Shown: positions 29,213-36,447 of the stretch, in pieces
How positions within the stretch are numbered: position 1 is the stretch's first letter
Layout of the letters: every line of letters begins with the position of its first letter
Assembly: GCA_031417495.1 (NCBI GenBank)
Contig: JANOVQ010000620.1
Location: 1-48,077, forward strand
DNA length: 48,077 nucleotides
Source of the DNA: Pseudomonadota bacterium
Lineage (GTDB): Bacteria > Pseudomonadota > Gammaproteobacteria > Ga0077536
Reading direction: 5' to 3'
The notes under the pieces: generated by a model
What the model was told of the DNA's origin: nothing
Seen by the model: the letters and a program-made list of their open reading frames with translations, nothing else
The model's database searches: none
Translations under genes and position numbers: made by a program

Positions 29213-30060
29213 CTTTCTGCAACAGCCTGCAACAGGGGCCGTTGCGCCGCTTGTAAGCGCACGATCTGTGCAACTTCGGGGAGGATTTCTGCCAGTTCGG
29301 GAATATTCTCATCGCGCTCAAGAAGGGTGGGGAAAGTGCCCAGCTGTGCGTATGCGAAGCGCAGCAACTCCCACACGGGATCGATCACGGCTGCACCGTG
29401 AGTATCGATAATCAATCCAGAGTCAGTGCGCAGATGGCCCGCGATGTGCGCATAGGCGATGCGGGTGGCGGGGAGCTGTGCCAGAAAATCACGCGGGTTG
29501 TAGCCGTGATTCACGCTATTCACATAAACGTTGTTGATATCGAGCAAGAGATCGCAATCGGCCTCCTGCAGCACAGCGTTGATGAAGTCGATTTCGGACA
29601 TTTCCTGCAATGGCACGCAGTAGTAGGAGGCATTTTCGACTGCAATGCGGCGCTCCAGGATATCCTGCACCAGCCGGATTCGCGTGGCGAGATGGCTGAC
29701 GGCCTCGGCGGTGAAGGGCATTGGCAGGAGTTCGTAGAGGAGCCCGGACTCGCCACAAAAAGACAGATGATCCCCGTATACACGGATTTGAAACCGCTCG
29801 AGAAACTGCTTCACTTGGCGAACATAGGCGACATCAATGGGATCTGGTCCACCCAAATTCAGGAGCAGGCCGTGGCTCACCAGTGGAAAGTTGTGCGCGA
29901 TGCGCGCGAAGGCTTCGCCCAGGCGGCCACCAGCGCCTAACCAGTTTTCGGGGGCAATTTCGAGGAAGCTGATGGAGGCGGGGATTGAGATCTGCAGCGG
30001 GCCCAGATGAGCCCGCCGCAGACCGAGGCCAGCGCCATGGATCGCATGAGATTGCGCCAT
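29209..30060 (-). CDS. DUF692 / MNIO-family RiPP maturase (HvfB/BufB/MbnB-like)
   Basis: GLGLRRAHL, FLEIAPENW, SHGLLLNLGG, GDHLSF, LLPMPFT, AVENASYY, LLLDINNVYVNSVNHG and HIAGH make up the full set of DUF692 TIM-barrel blocks. Confidence 0.88.
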   Translation of the reverse strand: MAQSHAIHGAGLGLRRAHLGPLQISIPASISFLEIAPENWLGAGGRLGEAFARIAHNFPLVSHGLLLNLGGPDPIDVAYVRQVKQFLERFQIRVYGDHLSFCGESGLLYELLPMPFTAEAVSHLATRIRLVQDILERRIAVENASYYCVPLQEMSEIDFINAVLQEADCDLLLDINNVYVNSVNHGYNPRDFLAQLPATRIAYAHIAGHLRTDSGLIIDTHGAAVIDPVWELLRFAYAQLGTFPTLLERDENIPELAEILPEVAQIVRLQAAQRPLLQAVAER

Positions 30061-30096
30061 GGTTACCGGCAGGCAGTCGGGAACTGCCGAACCCTA

Positions 30097-30405
30097 TTAC
30101 TTCTGGAGATGGGGCATCGAGCAGCTGGCGCCGGCGAAAGTGCCACACACGGCCGGATCCTTGACGCCGGTCGCGAGTTTGCCACCAGAATATGCGCCCT
30201 TGCTGTCACCGCCGTAGGTAAAACCCGTCTCGTCATTGATCATGACTTTATTGCCCTGCATGTCGACGGATTCGGTCGCGACAGTCACTCCATCACCGAA
30301 ATCGACCATTTGGAACGGGTTGTCAGCATTTGCCACACTCGACAGCGCCAACACCACCGATGAGCCAATCGCCATAGCGATGGGCTTCAGATTATTTTTC
30401 TTCAT
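30097..30405 (-). CDS. Sec-signal RiPP precursor candidate (HvfA-like N-terminus, atypical two-Cys core)
   Basis: 102 aa. Signal peptide MKKNNLKPIAMAIGSSVVLALSSVANA|DNPF. The C-terminus is DPAVCGTFAGASCSMPHLQK. Strong RBS GAGGAGGAAGG. The gene lies 36 nt upstream of the MNIO gene. Confidence 0.75.
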   Translation of the reverse strand: MKKNNLKPIAMAIGSSVVLALSSVANADNPFQMVDFGDGVTVATESVDMQGNKVMINDETGFTYGGDSKGAYSGGKLATGVKDPAVCGTFAGASCSMPHLQK

Positions 30406-30627
30406 CTGACCTTCCTCCTCAATTGGAAAAAACGTTTTGCGACAACCCCTGCGCGAACCCTCAAAACGGTCGATAATCTCGTTATCCGATGCGCCGGCCG
30501 GTCGATGTCATTTGCGGCAGTGGTAGGCCGATGTTATGCCCGGTCAAAATGGCTGTCTACCGGTCGGACCGAAATCGGTGAGTGTGGGGAGTGTGGTTGA
30601 GGGATAGGGCAGGACGGGGATAAAAAC

Positions 30628-30650
30628 CCCGCCTGAAAATCTCAGGCGGG
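30628..30650 (-). terminator. strong hairpin; possible minus-strand intrinsic terminator or insulator
   Basis: CCCGCCTGA-AAATC-TCAGGCGGG is a 9-bp perfect stem. Read on the minus strand it is followed by GTTTTTATCCCC. It lies in the 311-bp divergent intergenic region. Confidence 0.4.
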
Positions 30651-30716
30651 TACGCAATATGCTGCGTAACGCTATCGCTACGGGGATGGATTTTAGAAGC
30701 GGAGTGACCTGCCGAC

Positions 30717-31790
30717 ATGGGAATAAGTCCCTTATTTACTGCGTGGTTGGATAGTTCTAGGTCGTGCCTTGGCTTAGTCCTGGCCTGCGCCCTCAGCGGC
30801 GGTTCGGCTGCGGCCGTCGACCACGCCGGTTCTGCGTTGGCCCAAGGTGATCTGACGACCGCCTTTCGACTGTTTGCACAGCGCGCTCAAGCTGGCGACC
30901 CGATCGCAGAAAACAACCTCGGCGTGCTTTACTTAAAAGGCCAGGGGACGCGGCGCGACTTTGGCGCCGCACGCGTGTGGTTTGAGCGCGCGGCGGCGCA
31001 TGGACTGCCAGGGGCCAAACATAATCTCGGCATCCTGTATTTGCGTGGGTACGGTATGAGCAAAGACCCACACCTGGCTGCGCGCTGGCTGAGCGAAGCA
31101 GCGGCTGAGGGTGATCGCGAAGCGCAGTTTTTCACTGGCCTGCTCTATTACCGCGGGACGGGAGTCACCCGTGACTTGGCGGATGCGCGAACCTGGTTCA
31201 CGCGGGCGGCTGACCAAGGTGTCACGGCGGCGGCCTACAATCTGGCCGTGATGCAGCTCCAAGGCGAAGGCGGCGGGCGCGACGAAGTCCAGGCGCGGGC
31301 CTATCTTGAGCAGGCGCAACACACCAGCACGGCGGCTGCTTTACTTCTTGGCGAGCTGTATCTGCAGCAGGCGGACATGCCTGGTCGGGGTGACCTGGCG
31401 ATGGCCATCTTCAAACCGCTCGCAGAAGCCGGCAATCCGGCCGCCCAATTTCAGTTGGGGATGATGTACGTGTTCGGTCAGGGTACGCTGCAAGATGCCG
31501 AAGAAGGTCGGTTCTGGCTGCAGCAGGCGAGCCATCTGGGATCGGCAGTGGCGCAACTGAATCTGGGCAATTTATATGCGCGCGGCGTTGGCGTGACCCA
31601 GGATCCGGTGGAAGCGGCGGCGTGGTACGCCTTGGCCGCTGCGAATGGTGAGTCCGTCGCCGATCAGAATTTGCAAAAGCTGCGCCGCGAATTATCGGGA
31701 GCGCAAATCGCGCAAGCCGAAAATATGGTTGCCACTTTGCGCGAGAAACACGCGAGTGCGGTACGTCCACCCGTGCCACCAGCTGAGTAA
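30717..31790 (+). CDS. Sel1-repeat (SLR/TPR-like) secreted protein
   Basis: There are around 7-8 tandem repeats of the A.NNLG.LY..G.GV..D...A..W...AA..G pattern, after a signal-like N-terminus. Confidence 0.85.
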   Translation: MGISPLFTAWLDSSRSCLGLVLACALSGGSAAAVDHAGSALAQGDLTTAFRLFAQRAQAGDPIAENNLGVLYLKGQGTRRDFGAARVWFERAAAHGLPGAKHNLGILYLRGYGMSKDPHLAARWLSEAAAEGDREAQFFTGLLYYRGTGVTRDLADARTWFTRAADQGVTAAAYNLAVMQLQGEGGGRDEVQARAYLEQAQHTSTAAALLLGELYLQQADMPGRGDLAMAIFKPLAEAGNPAAQFQLGMMYVFGQGTLQDAEEGRFWLQQASHLGSAVAQLNLGNLYARGVGVTQDPVEAAAWYALAAANGESVADQNLQKLRRELSGAQIAQAENMVATLREKHASAVRPPVPPAE

Positions 31791-31798
31791 GGACGTCT

Positions 31799-32494
31799 AT
31801 GTTTAATGAGGATTACACGCTCGTCCTGGACATGGACGGGACCTTGCTCGATTTGAACTTTGACGATCAAGTCTGGAATTTTGCGTTGCCGGCGGCACTC
31901 GCGACCAGGGACGCTCGCACGTTAAGTGAGGCGCGCGAACACGTCGCGCTTACCTTGGATGCAGTGCGCGGCACTTTACCCTGGTACTGTCATGATCATT
32001 GGGAGCGTCAATTCGGTATCTCAGTTCACGAGCTGGAGGTTCAGCTCGCGCATTTCATCGGAATCCGCGCCGGTACTGTTGAGTTCCTGCACTTTCTACA
32101 ACGCCATGCGTATCGCACGATACTGGCGACCAATGCGCATCCCGCCAGCTTGGCGCGCAAAATGGAACGCACGGGCCTCGCAGGGTATTTCACGACCTTG
32201 GTCAGTGCGCACACGCTTGGTGTGCCGAAAGAGGCGCCTGAGTTCTGGCACGCCCTAGAGTCGCAAATTCAATTTGATCCCGCCCGTGCCGTGCTGGTCG
32301 ATGACAATCTAGCGGTGCTGAGCACTGCCCGCGCAAGCGGCCTGCGCCATGTATTTGGGGTGCGCTCGCCAAGCAGCACTGGTCTGGCGAAGGAATTCCC
32401 CTGCTTCGCGAGTGTGGACAGCCTGACGGAATTAATTCCGTGGCTAGTCCGCGCGCGCGAGCGCGAATTCATGCACCGCGCGGTCATCGGCTAG
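31799..32494 (+). CDS. HAD-family GMP/IMP nucleotidase (YrfG-like)
   Basis: LVLDMDGTLLDLNFDDQVW, LPWYCHDHW, ILATNAHP and LVDDN align by eye with E. coli YrfG. Confidence 0.75.
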   Translation: MFNEDYTLVLDMDGTLLDLNFDDQVWNFALPAALATRDARTLSEAREHVALTLDAVRGTLPWYCHDHWERQFGISVHELEVQLAHFIGIRAGTVEFLHFLQRHAYRTILATNAHPASLARKMERTGLAGYFTTLVSAHTLGVPKEAPEFWHALESQIQFDPARAVLVDDNLAVLSTARASGLRHVFGVRSPSSTGLAKEFPCFASVDSLTELIPWLVRAREREFMHRAVIG

Positions 32495-33130
32495 GGCGCG
32501 CGCTTCGAAGCGCGTGCGGCTGCGTGCTTTCAGGCGTGGCGCAAAGACGCCGCGACCGGCGAGATTAAGCCAGCCGGTTTGAGTGCTTAGTTGCAGCGTG
32601 ATGTCCTCCGCGTAATCAGCGCTGTCGGTCGCGATATACACCCGGCCATTGCGCCGCACCGGCCGCAGGAGCATCGCCAAGAACGCCGCCTGCACCAGAC
32701 GCCGTTTGTGGTGACGCGCTTTGGGCCAGGGATCCGGAAAAAAAATGTAGACTGTGATCAGGCATTCGTCAGGCAATCGGGTGAGTACCGCATGGACATC
32801 GCAGACGCTCACGCGCACGTTCTGCAACTCAGATATGACGACCTGGTTGAGCAGGTGGCCGACGCCAGGTCGGTGCACTTCGACGCCTAGATAATCGTTC
32901 GCGGGGTTCCGCGCTGCGCACGCATGCAGGCAATCACCATTGCCAATGCCGATCTCAAGATAGACTGGCGCGCTGCGCACAAATTCTTTATTTAGATCAA
33001 GCTCACCTTCGGCGCTCAGCGAGAATTTCGGCAACAGGTTTTGTACGGCGCGAAGTTGCGCCCCGGTCATGCGACCTTCGCGGCGCACGAAACTCCGAAT
33101 TTCGCGCCGCGGTGGCGGATCCGTGGGCAT
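32444..33130 (-). CDS. trmB: tRNA (guanine-N7)-methyltransferase
   Basis: From ATG 33130: IRSFVRREGRMTGAQ, LEIGIGNGD and IFFPDPWPKARHHKRRL, the classical TrmB motifs. The gene sits downstream of thiG, as I recall for Pseudomonas. Confidence 0.88.
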   Translation of the reverse strand: MPTDPPPRREIRSFVRREGRMTGAQLRAVQNLLPKFSLSAEGELDLNKEFVRSAPVYLEIGIGNGDCLHACAARNPANDYLGVEVHRPGVGHLLNQVVISELQNVRVSVCDVHAVLTRLPDECLITVYIFFPDPWPKARHHKRRLVQAAFLAMLLRPVRRNGRVYIATDSADYAEDITLQLSTQTGWLNLAGRGVFAPRLKARSRTRFEARALADDRAVHEFALARAD

Positions 33131-33140
33131 CAGGCAAGTT

Positions 33141-33950
33141 TCAGCTGAAAAAAGTCCCATCCAAGGGCGAGGAGGCTGAGGCATGGAGGCGCCGTGGCAT
33201 CCGCCCGGCGCAATAGGCAAGGCGTCCCGCGATGACTGCGTGCCGCATCGCGCTGGCCATTTGGAGCGGATCGCGCGCTTCGGCAATCGCCGTGTTCATG
33301 AGGACGCCCGCGCAACCCAACTCCATCGCGATGCTGGCGTCAGACGCGGTGCCGACGCCAGCATCGACAATAACGGGGACTTTGATCGTCTCCACAATTT
33401 CGCGAATGGTGTAGCGATTTTGCAGCCCCAGGCCGGACCCGATCGGCGCGGCCAGCGGCATGATTGCGACACAGCCGATTTCTTCCAGGCGGCGCGCCGC
33501 AATGGGATCGTCGGTGGTGTAAACCATCACTTCGAAGCCCTCGCCGCACAGGATTTCGGCTGCGCGTATGGTCTCTACGATATTTGGGTAAAGCGTTTTC
33601 GGATCGCCCAGGACTTCCAGCTTGACGAGGCGGTGGCCGTCGAGCAGCTCACGCGCGAGCCGACAAGTTCGCACGGCACTTTCTACGTCGTAGCAGCCGG
33701 CGGTATTGGGCAGAATGGTGTAGTGATCGGGCGTCAGATAGTCGAGCAAATTCGGTTCGCCTGCATGCTGACCCAGATTGGTCCGCCGAATGGCGACGGT
33801 GACGATCTGAGCGCCACTGGCGGCGATAGCTTCGCGCGTCTGCGCGAAGTCGCGATACTTGCCGGTGCCGACCATCAGGCGTGAGGCATAGCTTACGCCG
33901 GCGATAATAAGTGGGTCGGTGTGGTCAGGGGAGATTTGCGTCATAAACAC
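33141..33950 (-). CDS. thiG: thiazole synthase
   Basis: [28 protein letters not shown] and [13 protein letters not shown]. Confidence 0.93.
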   Translation of the reverse strand: MFMTQISPDHTDPLIIAGVSYASRLMVGTGKYRDFAQTREAIAASGAQIVTVAIRRTNLGQHAGEPNLLDYLTPDHYTILPNTAGCYDVESAVRTCRLARELLDGHRLVKLEVLGDPKTLYPNIVETIRAAEILCGEGFEVMVYTTDDPIAARRLEEIGCVAIMPLAAPIGSGLGLQNRYTIREIVETIKVPVIVDAGVGTASDASIAMELGCAGVLMNTAIAEARDPLQMASAMRHAVIAGRLAYCAGRMPRRLHASASSPLDGTFFS

Positions 33951-33988
33951 TTGCTTGGAAGGTGATGCCGAGCACGCCGTCGCCGGCT

Positions 33989-34186
33989 CTAACCGCCACC
34001 AATCGCCTTAACAATTTCGACGGTGTCATTCGGCTGCAAATGATACGCGCCAAATCGACTGCGCGGCACAATTTCGCCATTCACTTCAACCGCAAGCCGC
34101 CCGCGCACCGCGAGTTCTACCAGCAGCGCCGCAAGCGACAACGGTGGTTTGAACACCCGCAGTTCTCCGTTGAGCACGATCTGCAT
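33989..34186 (-). CDS. thiS: sulfur carrier protein ThiS
   Basis: 66 aa from ATG 34186, starting MQIVLNGE and ending in the IVKAIGGG C-terminal Gly-Gly. The longer ORF-track start is rejected. Confidence 0.85.
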   Translation of the reverse strand: MQIVLNGELRVFKPPLSLAALLVELAVRGRLAVEVNGEIVPRSRFGAYHLQPNDTVEIVKAIGGG

Positions 34187-34194
34187 GGCTGCAC

Positions 34195-35103
34195 TCACAG
34201 AGGGACGACGCTGCCCTCCCGTGCGACCTGAATCTGCAGGTGGGAACCCCGGGTGCTCGCGATTTGCTCGCATTCGCGATGAATGGCCGCCACGCGCGCG
34301 TCGTCGTAGGTTGGATCATGGTGATAGAGGTAGAGCGACTTCACCTCGGCGTCGATCGCAAAATTGACCACGTCCACGTAACAGGAGTGGCCCCAGCCGC
34401 GCTTCTTCGCGTAATCCTCCGGGCTGTATTGTGCGTCGTGGATCAGGAAGTCGGCACCTCGAATTGCCGACAATTCGGCCGCGCGCTCTTCGTTTTGCAT
34501 GCGCGTGATCATGCGATGTTCGTCGGCACTGAACTCGTCGGCGCGCCGCGCGATCGACGAGCGCAGAAAGTCTATTTCGTTATCCGACATATAGACGATA
34601 ACCTTGCCAGCGACTTCGATGCGGTAGCCGTAAGTCACGCCTGGATGATGCACGTTGTGGTAAGTGAGGGTAAATGGACCATGCTGGATCTGTCCGGCGA
34701 GCGCATCCACGTACTCAATCGCGGCCATCCAGGTTTCAATTTCAACGGGAAAGTAGGGCGACTTCATCTGGTTCGACAGCCGCTGCTCGATATCCTTGGC
34801 CGTTTGACCGGGTCCGAAGAAGCGAATTTTCCAGTTCGGCGAGAAGGCCGGTTGAAAAAACGGCAGGCCGCAAATGTGATCCCAGTGGTAGTGGGTAAAA
34901 ACGATCAAGGTTTCCGGCATCTTGTGGGCTGCCATCAACTGCTCACCCAGTGGGATGATGCCAGTCCCGCCATCACAGACTAGCAGATGTTCGCCAGCGC
35001 GGATTTCGACGCAAGATGTATTGCCGCCCACGCCGAGATGGCTCTGGTGAGGCGCGGCATAGGAGCCGCGCACGCCCCAGAAGCGAAGATAGGGCTCGGT
35101 CAC
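34195..35103 (-). CDS. MBL-fold metallo-hydrolase (paralog 2)
   Basis: RFWGVRGS, GGNTSCVE, CDGGTG and THYHWDHICGLPFF, the same blocks as the 15199..16182 protein. Has a 4-nt overlap with the receiver gene. Confidence 0.8.
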   Translation of the reverse strand: MTEPYLRFWGVRGSYAAPHQSHLGVGGNTSCVEIRAGEHLLVCDGGTGIIPLGEQLMAAHKMPETLIVFTHYHWDHICGLPFFQPAFSPNWKIRFFGPGQTAKDIEQRLSNQMKSPYFPVEIETWMAAIEYVDALAGQIQHGPFTLTYHNVHHPGVTYGYRIEVAGKVIVYMSDNEIDFLRSSIARRADEFSADEHRMITRMQNEERAAELSAIRGADFLIHDAQYSPEDYAKKRGWGHSCYVDVVNFAIDAEVKSLYLYHHDPTYDDARVAAIHRECEQIASTRGSHLQIQVAREGSVVPL

Positions 35104-35507
35104 GGGCGTGGCTGCTCCGCGCTGGTGTAGCGACCGATGAGCTCAACGATATGGCGGGTGGTCATCGGTTTGGCGACGAATTCCACGACCCCGAGTTCGC
35201 GCGCTGTCGCGCGATCCTGCGCGTAATCCTTCGAACTGATCATGATTGTCTGGGTCTCTTGATGTAACGGTTGACGCCGGAGCTCCTGCAAGAAGGTGAG
35301 GCCATCCTTTGCCGGCATGATGATATCCAGAAACAGGAGCGCAGGCTGATGGGTTTCAAGAAATGGCGCAGCGGCTTCGGCCGACGCGAAAGTGCGCAAA
35401 TCGACTGCGAGATCCGCCAACACTTTTTCGAAAAACACCCGCACAGCGGAACTGTCGTCCACCACGACGACGAGAGGAGCTGAAGAATTTTGTGCTGTGT
35501 GTTCCAT
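35100..35507 (-). CDS. stand-alone response-regulator receiver (CheY-like)
   Basis: From ATG 35507: VVVVDDS, LFLDIIMPAKDG (phospho-acceptor Asp context), and a late IMISSKD...AKP. Confidence 0.8.
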   Translation of the reverse strand: MEHTAQNSSAPLVVVVDDSSAVRVFFEKVLADLAVDLRTFASAEAAAPFLETHQPALLFLDIIMPAKDGLTFLQELRRQPLHQETQTIMISSKDYAQDRATARELGVVEFVAKPMTTRHIVELIGRYTSAEQPRP

Positions 35508-35698
35508 GATGATCTGTAAAGGCGGCGCAATCGGGATTGAGGCAGCCGGCGCCACTATAAGTCAAGGTGCCGGTAAGTGGCGAGCGTGATCACGGGAAGC
35601 GGCCACCTCGCGCACCCGGACCCGGGGCATCGCGTCCTAGGTCGAAGTGCGGCGCGTCCTTTGACGGGCGCAGGCAAACGACTAAAATGGTTCGCGCT

Positions 35699-35772
35699 GC
35701 GGGTGTAGTTCAATGGCAGAACATCAGCTTCCCAAGCTGAGAGCGTGGGTTCGATTCCCATCACCCGCTCCA
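35699..35772 (+). tRNA. tRNA-Gly (anticodon CCC)
   Basis: GCGGGTGTAGTTCAATGGCAGAACATCAGCTTCCCAAGCTGAGAGCGTGGGTTCGATTCCCATCACCCGCTCCA. The acceptor stem is GCGGGTG/CACCCGC, the anticodon loop is TTCCCAA, GGTTCGATTCC forms the T-arm, and CCA is encoded. Near-identical in architecture to E. coli glyU. Confidence 0.93.
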
Positions 35773-35796
35773 TTGAGCGCCCAGGCCGCGCGCAAT

Positions 35797-35813
35797 CCCG
35801 CCTAAGCGGCGGG
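35797..35813. terminator. possible bidirectional hairpin between tRNA-Gly and the SPOR gene
   Basis: CCCGCC-TAAGC-GGCGGG, flanked by two copies of AGGCCGCGCG. There is no clear T-run on either strand. Confidence 0.3.
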
Positions 35814-35835
35814 TAAAGCGCAAGGCCGCGCGTAT

Positions 35836-36447
35836 TCAATTTCCGCTGCCGCCGAGCTTCAGGACAATCGCATTCACCCCGAGCTGCGCAAGCAATGCAC
35901 GTTTGTGCTGTGCATCCACGAGCTTAGGGAAGGGGCCGACATGAACGCGGTACCACACGTCCTGTCCGTTGATCACCACCCGTTGAATCGTCGCCTGGAC
36001 CCCTTGCAACGCCAGCTGTGCCTTCGATTGGTCCGCGTCATCAAAATTCTGGAAGGAGGCCACCTGCAACATAAACGCGGCGCCCTTCTCGGTCGGTGAG
36101 TCGATGGCCGGCGTGGAATTCTTGAGTGCAGAGAGATCATCCTCGGGTACTTTGACTTCGATCTCGGGCAGGATCTTGTAGAAATCGAACTTGGGCAGCG
36201 ACAGTTGCTCTGCGCTCAATGGCGCCGCGGTCGCGACGTCCGCGGGTGGCGCGGCGGGCTCGCTTACGACCTCCGGCGAAGGCGGAAGAGGAGATGAAGC
36301 TGGCCGATGGTTCGGTTGCTGAATCCAAAGATAGCCGACGACCATGCCGCCGAGTCCAATCCCAAGGCCGGTTAGAAACGATAGCCAACTGCCCGGAGGC
36401 CGTTCGCTTGCGGGTCGTTTCGTGCCGCGTTTGTAGTCACGTGCCAT
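35836..36447 (-). CDS. SPOR-domain cell-division protein (FtsN-like)
   Basis: An N-terminal TM helix, a Pro-rich linker, then a C-terminal SPOR-type FMLQVASFQNFDDADQ...WYRVHVGPF. Has a TAATG overlap with argS. Confidence 0.75.
   Translation of the reverse strand: MARDYKRGTKRPASERPPGSWLSFLTGLGIGLGGMVVGYLWIQQPNHRPASSPLPPSPEVVSEPAAPPADVATAAPLSAEQLSLPKFDFYKILPEIEVKVPEDDLSALKNSTPAIDSPTEKGAAFMLQVASFQNFDDADQSKAQLALQGVQATIQRVVINGQDVWYRVHVGPFPKLVDAQHKRALLAQLGVNAIVLKLGGSGN

Noticed and set aside
35555-35839. A 94-aa minus-strand ORF in the REC / SPOR intergenic region.
   Set aside because: It overlaps the well-formed tRNA-Gly(CCC) gene on the opposite strand and has no RBS. The tRNA explains the conservation-like appearance.
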